Positions 34,908-43,318 of a stretch of 53,843 nucleotides of DNA are shown here, one piece after another (the stretch's first letter is position 1; every line of letters starts with the position of its first letter). A program made the position numbers and the translations under genes. The notes beneath the pieces are model-generated. The model did not search any database. It saw only the letters and a list, made by a program, of their open reading frames with translations, and was not told the DNA's origin. This DNA is from Deltaproteobacteria bacterium RBG_13_61_14 (lineage in GTDB: Bacteria > RBG-13-61-14). The stretch spans positions 22,213 through 76,055 of the forward strand of contig MGQK01000130.1 of NCBI GenBank assembly GCA_001797815.1. Reading direction: 5' to 3'.

Positions 34908-35885
34908 ATGCAACTTTTCAATTACCTCGTTTATGCCCTGGTCCAGGCGTTCCTGGCCTCGAGCCGGGTTATCCCCATGCGCTTCACCTTCTGGTGGGTC
35001 CGGGGCCTGTCCCGCCTGGCTTTTCGCCTGGCCAAAGGCCGGCGGGCGCTGACGCTTTACAACCTGGAATTGGCGCTGGGCCGGGAAACGACTCCGGAGG
35101 AGCGGGAGCGGATCGGCCGGCTCTCGTTCGAGAACATGTTTTTAAGCATCGGCGAACTCCTGCACTACAAGGAGATCCACTTCCGTAACCTCTCCGAGCA
35201 TTTCACCTTTGAAGGCGCCGAGATCCTGGAGCGGTTCCTGGCCCGGAAACAGGGCGTGTTCCTGATCGGCGGCCACCTGGGCGGCTGGGCTACCTTGTCG
35301 CTGATCTTCCGGTTCCCCCGCCTGCCCGCGGTCTACCTGGTGGCCAAAGGCCTGGGCAACTCTCGCCTGCAAGGGCTGCTGGACTATATAGCCGCGCCGT
35401 TCAACGTCCATATCCTCAGCGGCAAGGGCCTGGGCAAGCTGATCGAGGAGCGGGTGGCCCAAGGCGAGATCTTTCAATTCTGGATGGACCAGGAAGCCCG
35501 GCGCGACCAGGGCACCTTTGTCCAGTTCTTCGGCCAGGACGCCTCCACCTTCGCGGTGCCCGGCTATCTCGCCTGGAAGAACTCGGTCCCCCTGGTCCCT
35601 TACTGGATCATCCGCCGCAAGCCCGGCTATTTCCACGTCATCTTCCGGGAACCCCTCCTTTACCAACTCACCGACGACAAGGACGAGAACAACCGCCGGG
35701 TGGCCCAGGCGATTGCCTCCGAGGTGGAGCGCGCCATCCGGGAGCACCCGGAGCAATGGCTGTGGGCCCACAACCGCTGGCGCCGCCGGCCGGACGGGAC
35801 CCGGGTGGAACTCTTCATCAGGAAAAAGAAGCGCTCCCGCGGCCAGGGGCCTGCCGCGGCCGGCGAAAGCGATACCGGCCGTTAA
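34908..35885 (+). CDS. lipid A biosynthesis lauroyl/myristoyl acyltransferase family (LpxL/HtrB-like)
   Basis: 325 aa. N-terminal TM, GVFLIGGHLGGWA (H-x4 acyltransferase box region), FFGQDASTFAVPGYLAWKNSVPLVP, HPEQWLWAHNRWR. Confidence 0.75.
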   Translation: MQLFNYLVYALVQAFLASSRVIPMRFTFWWVRGLSRLAFRLAKGRRALTLYNLELALGRETTPEERERIGRLSFENMFLSIGELLHYKEIHFRNLSEHFTFEGAEILERFLARKQGVFLIGGHLGGWATLSLIFRFPRLPAVYLVAKGLGNSRLQGLLDYIAAPFNVHILSGKGLGKLIEERVAQGEIFQFWMDQEARRDQGTFVQFFGQDASTFAVPGYLAWKNSVPLVPYWIIRRKPGYFHVIFREPLLYQLTDDKDENNRRVAQAIASEVERAIREHPEQWLWAHNRWRRRPDGTRVELFIRKKKRSRGQGPAAAGESDTGR

Positions 35886-35929
35886 GGCCCCAGCGGGACG
35901 ATCGTGCCCCTTGTTCTGCACGCTAGCCG

Positions 35930-38068
35930 ATGAAGAAGAATTTTCGAAAACATCCTCCCGCTGGCCGGCCTCCAACCGCCCTGCCGCCGGCGCGCATGCC
36001 CTGGCAGCCGGCCGGAGGCGAGAAGACCCTGCTGATCCTGGTCTTCGCCCTGGCCCTCGGCTTGCGCCTGATCTACCTTTTCCAGATCTCCCATACCCCC
36101 TATTTTGACGACCCGCTCGGCGACTCGAAGATCTATCTGGACCGGGCCCTCTCGATCCTGGCCGGCAACCTGATCGGCGATGAGATTTACTTCCACAGTT
36201 CTCCCCCTTATCCCTATTTCATGGCGCTCTGCCTCGGCCTCTCCGGCAAAAGCTTCTTCGTCCTGGGCCTGGCCCAGATTTTGATCGGCGCCGGCAACTG
36301 CCTCCTCATCTACTTCCTGGCCAAAAAGCTTTCGGCCGGAGATAAAGTCGCGGCTCTCATCGCCGGAATCGCCGCCGCCCTCTACGGCCTCTTCGCCTTT
36401 TTTGACGCCGACCTCCTCATGATCTTCCTCACCCTGGTCTTCGCCGACCTGGCCCTCTTGCTTCTGCTTCAGGCCAGAGAGGTAAGGGCACGGCATGCCG
36501 TGCCCCTACCTGATGAACCCTACCTCCGCGTATTTCACAGCGAGTCGGTTCTGGCTTTCCTGGCCGGCGTCTCCCTCGGGCTGGCCGCACTCGACAAGAC
36601 CAACCTCCTGCTCTTCGCGCCGGTCGCCGCCTGGTGGCTCCTCGGCGAGTATTCACTGCGCTTTCGATCGTGGCGCTTCAAACCCGCGCTCTTGTTCGCC
36701 GCCGGGACCGCGCTCATGATTTTACCGGTCACGGTCCGTAATTATGTCGTGGGCCATGACCTGGTCCTGGTCTCTTCCAACGCCGGCGTCAACCTCTTCA
36801 TCGGCAACAACCCCCAGGGCCAGGGCATCTTCCTCCTGCCCCCGGGCTCCGGGCTCCGCAACACCGACCTCTACGGCACCTCGGTCCAGGTGGCGGAAAA
36901 AGAGACGGGCCGCAAGCTCAAGCCTTCCGAGGTCTCCAACTTCTGGGCGGCGAAAGCCAAGCGCTTCCTGCGCGAACAGCCCGGGGCAGCCGGCCGCCAG
37001 CTCGGCCGCAAGTTCGTCCTGCTCTGGAACAGCTACGAGATCCCCAACCACATCAACTTCTATTTCGTGCGCTCGGAATACGCGCCGGTCTTGAAATGGA
37101 TGTTCGTGGGTTTCGGGCTGGTCACCCCGCTCGCCCTGGTCAGCATCGGCCGGCGAATCAAATCGGGATGGAACTCGGCCGATAAGCTCCTCCTCGGGTT
37201 CCTCCTCGCCTACCTGCTCTCGCTCTTGCCCTTTTTCATCACCGAGCGCTACCGCCTGCCCCTGGTGCCGGTGCTGATCGCCTTCGCCGCGGTGTTGGCG
37301 GCGGAGCTCCTCCGCCTGGTCCGCGCGCGAAAAGTGAAGCCGCTGCTCGCGCTCGCCGCGGCCCTGATCGCGGCCGGGGTGCTGGTCAATTGGCCCCTGA
37401 TCCATTACAATTATTCCTTCATCCGGGTCGCGATCGCGGCCAAGTCCCTGGAAAAGGCTTACCGGAACCCGAAAGCGGGCGTGGCGGACCTGAAGCAGGC
37501 GATCGTGGAATTCAAACAGGCCCTGGAGGTGGACCCCTTTTCCACCGACGGCCATTACAACCTGGGCAGCGCTTATTCCATGGTCGGCTATTACTCCGGC
37601 GCGATCCGGGAATGGGAAGAGACGCTGAGGATAGATCCGGGTATCGCCGAGGCCCAGGCGGCGCTCATGGACGCGAGGCAAAAGTTCGAGCAGACCGGGG
37701 ACCTGGCCAAACCCGAAGCCATCCCCCTGAGTCGCTTTGAAGAAGCGAAAGCGGCCGAGGCCAAGGGGCAATATGACCTGGCCCTGGCCCTTTACCGGGA
37801 TATCATCCGCAAGGACCCCTTCCACGCCGACGCCTGCAACAACCTGGGCGCGCTTTATTATCATCGCCGGCAATACGAGCAGGCAGTCGCCGTGCTCCGG
37901 CAGGGCCTGAAATACCGGCCGGACCATTTTGTCTTGATGAACAACCTGGCCGGCGCTTACTACCAACTGGGGAACCAGCGCGAGGCGAAAAAGCTATGGG
38001 AGCGCTGTTTGCAGATCCAGCCGGAGAGTGAGTTGATTCTTAACCAATTGAAGATGGTCCGGGAATAA
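35930..38068 (+). CDS. ArnT/PMT-like (GT39-type) membrane glycosyltransferase fused to C-terminal TPR repeats
   Basis: About 11 TM segments, DDPLGDSKIYLD loop motif. The C-terminal ~230 aa are TPR (HYNLGSAYSMVGYYSGAIREWEETLRIDP; ACNNLGALYYHRRQYEQAVAVLRQGLKYRP). Confidence 0.75.
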   Translation: MKKNFRKHPPAGRPPTALPPARMPWQPAGGEKTLLILVFALALGLRLIYLFQISHTPYFDDPLGDSKIYLDRALSILAGNLIGDEIYFHSSPPYPYFMALCLGLSGKSFFVLGLAQILIGAGNCLLIYFLAKKLSAGDKVAALIAGIAAALYGLFAFFDADLLMIFLTLVFADLALLLLLQAREVRARHAVPLPDEPYLRVFHSESVLAFLAGVSLGLAALDKTNLLLFAPVAAWWLLGEYSLRFRSWRFKPALLFAAGTALMILPVTVRNYVVGHDLVLVSSNAGVNLFIGNNPQGQGIFLLPPGSGLRNTDLYGTSVQVAEKETGRKLKPSEVSNFWAAKAKRFLREQPGAAGRQLGRKFVLLWNSYEIPNHINFYFVRSEYAPVLKWMFVGFGLVTPLALVSIGRRIKSGWNSADKLLLGFLLAYLLSLLPFFITERYRLPLVPVLIAFAAVLAAELLRLVRARKVKPLLALAAALIAAGVLVNWPLIHYNYSFIRVAIAAKSLEKAYRNPKAGVADLKQAIVEFKQALEVDPFSTDGHYNLGSAYSMVGYYSGAIREWEETLRIDPGIAEAQAALMDARQKFEQTGDLAKPEAIPLSRFEEAKAAEAKGQYDLALALYRDIIRKDPFHADACNNLGALYYHRRQYEQAVAVLRQGLKYRPDHFVLMNNLAGAYYQLGNQREAKKLWERCLQIQPESELILNQLKMVRE
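36482..36509. repeat. REP-type palindrome inside the GT39 coding sequence
   Basis: GTAAGGGCACGGCATGCCGTGCCCCTAC, with a perfect 20-nt palindrome at 36486-36505. Translated in frame as VRARHAVPLP. Confidence 0.85.
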
Positions 38069-38168
38069 GGTGCCAGGGTGTCAAGGTTTGGGAAAAATGA
38101 ACAAGCTCAATCAATTGGGATTCTTTCTGATTGACCCTGACACCTGACACCTTGTCACCTTGACACCT
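38068..38168. repeat. inverted GGTGTCAAGG / CCTGACAC arm element, copy 2
   Basis: Left arm AGGTGCCAGGGTGTCAAGGT (38068-38087). Right arm CCCTGACACCTGACACCTTGTCACCTTGACACCT (38135-38168). The spacer shares CAATT(C/G)GGA..TTCTT with copy 1. It starts on the GT39 stop codon and ends 11 nt before the aroK RBS. Confidence 0.8.
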
Positions 38169-38191
38169 TATCAATGTTGAGGAGATGCCTC

Positions 38192-38695
38192 ATGAACCTG
38201 GTATTGATCGGTTATCGCGGCACGGGCAAGAGCACGGTCGGCAAGATTTTGGCGGAGCGGCTCAAGATGCCGCTGGTCAACTTGGACGATCGCATTATCG
38301 CCCAGGCGGGAATGCGCATCCCGGAGATCGTGGAGAAATTCGGCTGGGACCGCTTCCGCGACCTGGAGAGCCAGGTGGTGGTCGAGGTCGCGAAAGAGGA
38401 CAACCATGTCCTCGATTGCGGCGGCGGAGTGATCCTGCGCGAGAAAAACGTGGCTCAGCTCAAAAAGGCCGGCCCGGTCTTTTGGCTTCAGGCCTCGATT
38501 CCAACCATTGTCTCCCGAATCAAGGACGACACCCAGCGGCCGTCGCTCACCGGCAAATCCTTTACCGACGAGGTGGCCGACGTGCTCCGGGAGCGCGAGC
38601 CCAAATACCGCGCCGCGGCCGACCATGTGGTGGACACCGAGGGCAAGAGCGTGGAGCAGGTGGCCGAGGAAATTATCCGCTTATTCGAGAAATGA
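38192..38695 (+). CDS. aroK: shikimate kinase
   Basis: MNLVLIGYRGTGKSTVGKILAERL (Walker A), DLD..I, GGGVILREKN. 167 aa. GAGGAG RBS 8 nt upstream. Confidence 0.9.
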   Translation: MNLVLIGYRGTGKSTVGKILAERLKMPLVNLDDRIIAQAGMRIPEIVEKFGWDRFRDLESQVVVEVAKEDNHVLDCGGGVILREKNVAQLKKAGPVFWLQASIPTIVSRIKDDTQRPSLTGKSFTDEVADVLREREPKYRAAADHVVDTEGKSVEQVAEEIIRLFEK

Positions 38696-38709
38696 AAGGA
38701 TGAATACCG

Positions 38710-39612
38710 GTGGCTGTCCCTAGTATTACACCCCGCTCGACCGAATACTGGTTCAACCGCAGCCTCAGTTGTTCCGAGGCATTGTTCACCGTCTTGAACC
38801 GGGGGCATGAGCTGACCCTGGAAGCGGAAGAGCAGGCCGCGCATCCCCTGGCCGGCGGGGTCTTGCGCCAGGGCCATGCCTGCGGGATGCTCTGGGGCTC
38901 GGCTTTGGCCGCGGGCGTCAGGGCGATGCGGCTACCGGCGGATGCAACAAAAGCCGGCGCGGCCGCGGTGTTTGCCGCCAGCCGCTTGCTCGAGGATTTC
39001 CAGACCCAGGCCGGCGCGGTCAACTGCCGGGAGATCATTGACCGCGGACTGGATACCATGGCCGGGCGCGTGAGCTACATGACTTCGGGCAAACACGTCG
39101 AGTGCCGAAAGCTGGCGGTGGCGTTTGCGCCCCGGGCGCACGCGGCGATGAATCGGGCGCTCAGAGAATTCCAGCCGGAAAGTCTGCAACAGCCTCCGCG
39201 AACCTGCACCCAGGAGTTATGGAGGCGGGTGTGGGGAGAAGCCGGCGACCGGGAGGGAGTGATGGTGGCCGGCTTGGCCGGGGGCCTGGGGCTTTCCGGC
39301 AACGTGTGCGGGGTATTGGCCGCGGGCATCTGGGCGCTGGGGCTTCACCTCTATCGCGACCGGCCGGCGCCGCGCCACAGCTTTTGGAAAGCGCTGACCC
39401 AGGAGATCGGCATCGGCGACCGCCTGGCCCAGGCCGCCTCCGCCTTGCGCCGGGCTTTCCTTGACCGGCACGGCTCGGACCTCTGCCGCGCGATCATGGC
39501 CGGCCGTTTCGCTGATCCGGACGATCATTCCCGCTTCGTGGCCGAGGGCGGATGCCGAGAGGTGATTGAGGGGATGGTAGAGGACCTGAAGCAACGGACA
39601 AAAAGGGGATAG
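38710..39612 (+). CDS. C_GCAxxG_C_C-family putative redox protein (two-domain)
   Basis: CSEALFTVLN...GGV..GHACGMLWGSALAAG, and a second half GGLGLSGNVCGVLAAGIWALG...LCRAI...GGCREV. GTG start, uncertain. Confidence 0.55.
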   Translation: MAVPSITPRSTEYWFNRSLSCSEALFTVLNRGHELTLEAEEQAAHPLAGGVLRQGHACGMLWGSALAAGVRAMRLPADATKAGAAAVFAASRLLEDFQTQAGAVNCREIIDRGLDTMAGRVSYMTSGKHVECRKLAVAFAPRAHAAMNRALREFQPESLQQPPRTCTQELWRRVWGEAGDREGVMVAGLAGGLGLSGNVCGVLAAGIWALGLHLYRDRPAPRHSFWKALTQEIGIGDRLAQAASALRRAFLDRHGSDLCRAIMAGRFADPDDHSRFVAEGGCREVIEGMVEDLKQRTKRG

Positions 39613-39613
39613 A

Positions 39614-40279
39614 TCAAGCCGGCGGTTCGCGGGTGAGGGCACCCGCGCCCCTAAAGGCAGGATCATCTTTGGGAGGGAGCCAAAGGGCGTCCCAATCTTG
39701 GGGCTGGGCCGCCAGACCCTGCTTGATCGGATTGTGCATCAGATATCGGAGTTTCACTTCGAAATCGGCTTGATCCCGGACCGAGCGGTCGTAATATTCG
39801 TCTTGCCAGATCGAGCCGCGTTGGCGGCCTCGGAGGTGGTTGATCTTCCTGGCGGTAACGCTTTTGATGCCTTTGACGATCTCGGATAGTGAAATCCAAC
39901 GGGGTTGGCGGGTGAGGGCACCCGCCCCCCTAAAGTCAGGTTCGGATCTGGGGGCACCCGCCCCCCTAAAGTCAGGTTCGGATCTGGGGGCACCCGCGCC
40001 CCTAAAGTCAGGCTCGGAACCGGGGGCAGATGAGAACCGATTGACTGGTTGCGGCGTCAAGAGCATATGCACGTGATCCGGCATCACCACCGCCCCATGC
40101 AAAAGCCATTGGTCAGGATGACCGTGCCGGCAACTGGCTAGGATCACCGCTCGCTCTGCAGGATTGAAGCTCTCTCCCGGTTTCGCTTTAAAGGTGACAA
40201 AATAGATGGTCCCGCCGGCCTCAGCATGGTAGAGCCGGCCCCGGCTCCTCTGCTCCGTCTGTCTCCCAATGGTCTTCAT
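39614..40279 (-). CDS. REP-associated tyrosine transposase (RAYT), copy 2, with in-frame REP-derived insertion
   Basis: MPDHVHMLL (HUH) and LRYLMHNPIKQGL (Tyr region). Roughly two-thirds identical by eye to RAYT-1 outside a ~42-aa insert, (SEPDFRGAGAPR)x3, encoded by nt 39909-40021. Start taken at ATG 40279 (MKTIGRQ); the longer ORF to 40333 begins inside a REP copy. The C-terminal ~19 aa are also read through the REP at 39629-39656. Confidence 0.8.
   Translation of the reverse strand: MKTIGRQTEQRSRGRLYHAEAGGTIYFVTFKAKPGESFNPAERAVILASCRHGHPDQWLLHGAVVMPDHVHMLLTPQPVNRFSSAPGSEPDFRGAGAPRSEPDFRGAGAPRSEPDFRGAGALTRQPRWISLSEIVKGIKSVTARKINHLRGRQRGSIWQDEYYDRSVRDQADFEVKLRYLMHNPIKQGLAAQPQDWDALWLPPKDDPAFRGAGALTREPPA
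39629..39656. repeat. REP (left flank of RAYT-2)
   Basis: GCGGGTG-AGGG-CACCCGC followed by GCCCCTAAAG. Same stem as the RAYT-1 REP. Confidence 0.85.
39909..40021. repeat. REP copy plus 36-nt tandem units x3 inside the RAYT-2 ORF
   Basis: A full hairpin at 39909-39926. Units at 39914-39949, 39950-39985 and 39986-40021 (GGGGGCACCCGCCCCCCTAAAGTCAGGTTCGGATCT). Same orientation as the left-flank REP. Confidence 0.9.
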
Positions 40280-40309
40280 CTCAGTTCTCTTATCAAGAAA
40301 TCCCAATTT

Positions 40310-40423
40310 CTTTAGGGGCGCGGGTGCCCTCACTCCCAGAGATCCCCAATCTCTTTAGGGGCGCGGGTGCCCTCACTCCCAGAGATCCCCAATCTCTTTA
40401 GGGGCGCGGGTGCCCTCACCCGC
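40310..40423. repeat. REP array, 43-nt period x3 (right flank of RAYT-2, inverted)
   Basis: CTTTAGGGGCGCGGGTGCCCTCAC at 40310, 40353 and 40396. Only the outermost copy keeps the full hairpin GCGGGTG-CCCT-CACCCGC (40406-40423). Confidence 0.9.
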
Positions 40424-40440
40424 GAACCTCTTGGATTCCT

Positions 40441-41586
40441 CTACTTGTTCAACACATCCCTCGAGATGATCAACCGCTGGATTTCGGAAGTTCCCTCGTA
40501 AATGCGGAGCGCCCGGGCCTCCCGGTAGATGCTCTCGATCGGGGCCTCCCGCATGTAGCCCATGCCCCCGAAAATCTGGACCGCCCGGTCCGCGATCCGG
40601 CCGATGGCCTCGGTGCAAAAGAGCTTGACCTTGCTCGCCCGGGCCTGGGTCCGGTCGCCCTGGTCCAAGCGCCAGGCGGCGTCGTAAGTCATGCACTGCA
40701 TGGCGTAAAGCTCAACCGCCATGTCGGCCAGCATCCACTGGATGGCCTGGTTCGCCGCGATGGGCTTCCCGAACTGGACGCGGGTGTTGGCGTGGTCCAC
40801 GCACAGATCAATCAGCCGGCGGGCCATCCCGCAGGACCGCGCGCCCTGGCCCAACCTCCCCTCTTCCAGCACCCGCATCGCCGCCTTCCAGCCGTCGCCC
40901 TCCTGGCCGAGCAGGTTCTCGGCCGGGACCTCGCAGTCCTCGAAGATCATCTCGCACTGGTGCAGGATGTCCGAACCCATCGAGTCCTGGAGTTTCCCGA
41001 TCTTGAACCCGGGCGCGTCCTTCTCCACGATAAAGGCGCTGAACCCGCCCTTCTGGCGCTTGGCCTTGTCGGTGACCGCGATCACGGTGAACACGTCCGA
41101 GATGTCGGCGCGGGTGATGAAGTGCTTCATGCCGTTGAGAATATACTGGTCGCCCTTTTTCTCGGCCTTCATCTGGATGGCCGCGGCGTCGCTGCCGGCG
41201 TTAGGCTCGGTCAGCGCGAAGCAGCTCAAGAGCTCCCCGGTGGCCATGCGCGGGAGATACTTCTGCTTCTGCGCCTCGTTGCCGAAATAGAGGATGCCCA
41301 TGCTGCCGATGCCGTTGTTGCCGGAGATGAGCAGGCAAAAGGCGAGGTTGGCCCGGGCTAACTCCTCCTGGATCACGCAGTGGCCCACGTTGCTTAAGCC
41401 CATGCCCCCGTATTCGACCGGGGTCACGATCCCGAAATAGCCCAGCTCCTTCAGCTTCGCGATGATCTCCGCCGGCATGACCTTGGTCTCCTCCATGTGC
41501 TGGGAGATCGGGATCAACTCCTTCTCCGCGAACTTGCGCGTCGCCTCGCGGATCACCTTCAACTCCTCGGGCAGGTCAAAATTCAT
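40441..41586 (-). CDS. acyl-CoA dehydrogenase
   Basis: 381 aa. FALTEPNAGSD, GGMGYMRE, IYEGTSEIQRLIISR. Confidence 0.93.
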   Translation of the reverse strand: MNFDLPEELKVIREATRKFAEKELIPISQHMEETKVMPAEIIAKLKELGYFGIVTPVEYGGMGLSNVGHCVIQEELARANLAFCLLISGNNGIGSMGILYFGNEAQKQKYLPRMATGELLSCFALTEPNAGSDAAAIQMKAEKKGDQYILNGMKHFITRADISDVFTVIAVTDKAKRQKGGFSAFIVEKDAPGFKIGKLQDSMGSDILHQCEMIFEDCEVPAENLLGQEGDGWKAAMRVLEEGRLGQGARSCGMARRLIDLCVDHANTRVQFGKPIAANQAIQWMLADMAVELYAMQCMTYDAAWRLDQGDRTQARASKVKLFCTEAIGRIADRAVQIFGGMGYMREAPIESIYREARALRIYEGTSEIQRLIISRDVLNK

Positions 41587-41613
41587 GAACCACTCCTTTC
41601 AATCAGAATTTTT

Positions 41614-41884
41614 CACCACAGAGACACAGAGGACACAGAGAGTCTTTTTATTCCTATGACAGAATGTAGAATCCTAGAAAAAATGGAACCCTGACTTTTC
41701 GAGTTGCTCCAAGTTGATCTGGAATCTGCTTGCTAAAGTATTTTTTCGGGCGAGGACATTCTACCGCTGGTGATAATGCTGTCAAGGAGACCCTTCTCCG
41801 CCAAAGGGCGACAGTGCTTTGCTTAGGGATGACCTTTTAAAGCGTTAAATAGTTTTCCGCTCTGTGCTCTCTGTGGCTCTGTGG
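41614..41884. repeat. inverted CACAGAG-type arrays enclosing a ~217-nt non-coding insert
   Basis: Left arm CACCACAGAGACACAGAGGACACAGAGAG (41614-41642). Right arm CTCTGTGCTCTCTGTGGCTCTGTGG (41860-41884), which ends on the base before the GGDEF gene stop codon. Confidence 0.85.
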
Positions 41885-43267
41885 TTAAAGTGAAGAAGCG
41901 GCGTAAACGACGTTGCGGGTGGTTTCCTTGCCCCGATACATGGCCTTGTCGGCGAGGTGGATGAGGTCGGTTTTGTTGTCGGTGTCTTCGGGAAAGGTGG
42001 CGGTGCCCACGCAGCAGGTGAGGCGCAGGTGCTGGCTCTCCCGGATCTGGAAGGAGTGCTCCTCCATCGCCTCCCGGATGCGCTCGGCCACCTTGACCGC
42101 GCCGGCGCGGTCGGTCTCGGTGAGCAGCACGATGAACTCGTCGCCGCCGTAGCGGATGGTGAAGTCGATCTCCCGCAGGCAGCTCTTGAGGATCTTGCCG
42201 GTCTCCCGGAGCACCTTGGTGCCGATCAGGTGGCCGTAAGAGTCATTGACCTGCTTGAAAAAATCAATGTCCACGAAGAGGAGCGAGAGGTGGCTCTTGA
42301 AGCGCTTGGCCCGCTTGATCTCGGTCTGCAGGGCCAGGTCCAGGTAGCGGGTGTTGAACAGCCCGGTCACGTCGTCAATAAAGACCAGGCGCTGGGCGTC
42401 GGCATACTTGAGCGAGTTTTCCAGCGAGCGCAGGATCTGCTCGGCGAGGAAGCGGGCGGTAGAGAGGTCCATGCGGTCAAAGACGCCGTTGTGATCCCGC
42501 TTGAACACCACCATCGCCCCTTCCACCGTGCCGTTGACCCGAAAGGGCAGGACGATGGCCGAGCTCAGGCGCAGGTGATAGCCGGGCGCGTCTTCGCGGT
42601 TGCAACTGGGCGACTCCAAGGTCACCAGCCGCTGGGGAATCTGCTTCAGCTCTTCCCCCAACAAGATCTCGGTGATCCCCCGCGCCTCGTCCTCTTCCAG
42701 ACCCCGCCAGGCCTTGAGCTCCAAGTTTTCCCCCGGCTTGCTCCGGAACACGCTCACCCCGGCGTCGCCCTTCAGCCCGAGCAGGATCGCATCCAGGGAC
42801 AGGCCGTAGAGCTTATCCAGCTCCAGGCAGGAGCTGATCCGCTGGCAGGTCTCGTAGAGAGTGAGCAGGCCCTTCAGCTCCACGTTCTCGTCAAACAGGT
42901 GCCGGAGCTCGATCGCCCGCTTGATCGTGATCTTCAGCTCTTCCGGGTTCAGCGGCTTGGTCAGGTAGTCGGCCGCCCCGGTCTTGAGGCACCGGACCGC
43001 GCTCTCCACCGAGGCATAGCCGGTCATGATGATCACATCCAGCGAGGGTTTGATCTGCTTGGCCCGCTCCAGGACCTCCTGGCCGTCCAGCCCGGGCATG
43101 ATCAGGTCGGTGAGCATGATGTCGTAGTCTTCCTGCTTCAGCCGCGCCAGGGCCTCTTCCCCCGTAAAGGTGGTCCTCACCACGTAGCCTTCCTCGGACA
43201 GGACGTCCGAGCAAAAAGCCTGATAAAACTGATCGTCGTCCACGATCAGGATGCGCCCCTTGTTCAT
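41885..43267 (-). CDS. response regulator diguanylate cyclase (REC-GAF-GGDEF)
   Basis: ILIVDDD...DIMLTDLIMPGLDG (REC). A central GAF-like region. GLFNTRYL...LLFVDIDFFKQVNDSYGH...RYGGDEFIVLL (intact GGDEF). Confidence 0.9.
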   Translation of the reverse strand: MNKGRILIVDDDQFYQAFCSDVLSEEGYVVRTTFTGEEALARLKQEDYDIMLTDLIMPGLDGQEVLERAKQIKPSLDVIIMTGYASVESAVRCLKTGAADYLTKPLNPEELKITIKRAIELRHLFDENVELKGLLTLYETCQRISSCLELDKLYGLSLDAILLGLKGDAGVSVFRSKPGENLELKAWRGLEEDEARGITEILLGEELKQIPQRLVTLESPSCNREDAPGYHLRLSSAIVLPFRVNGTVEGAMVVFKRDHNGVFDRMDLSTARFLAEQILRSLENSLKYADAQRLVFIDDVTGLFNTRYLDLALQTEIKRAKRFKSHLSLLFVDIDFFKQVNDSYGHLIGTKVLRETGKILKSCLREIDFTIRYGGDEFIVLLTETDRAGAVKVAERIREAMEEHSFQIRESQHLRLTCCVGTATFPEDTDNKTDLIHLADKAMYRGKETTRNVVYAASSL

Positions 43268-43318
43268 GACTCTCTATTCTTTTAGTATATTTTTACAAGG
43301 TTGTAAAGTGGAAAGAGG

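Noticed and set aside
39909-40423. Possible CRISPR arrays: regularly spaced direct repeats at 39914-40021 (36 nt), 40310-40423 (43 nt) and 22125-22216 (21 nt).
   Set aside because: The units are head-to-tail or share identical inter-unit sequence, so there are no unique spacers. There are no cas genes. The first two are REP copies around and inside a RAYT gene.
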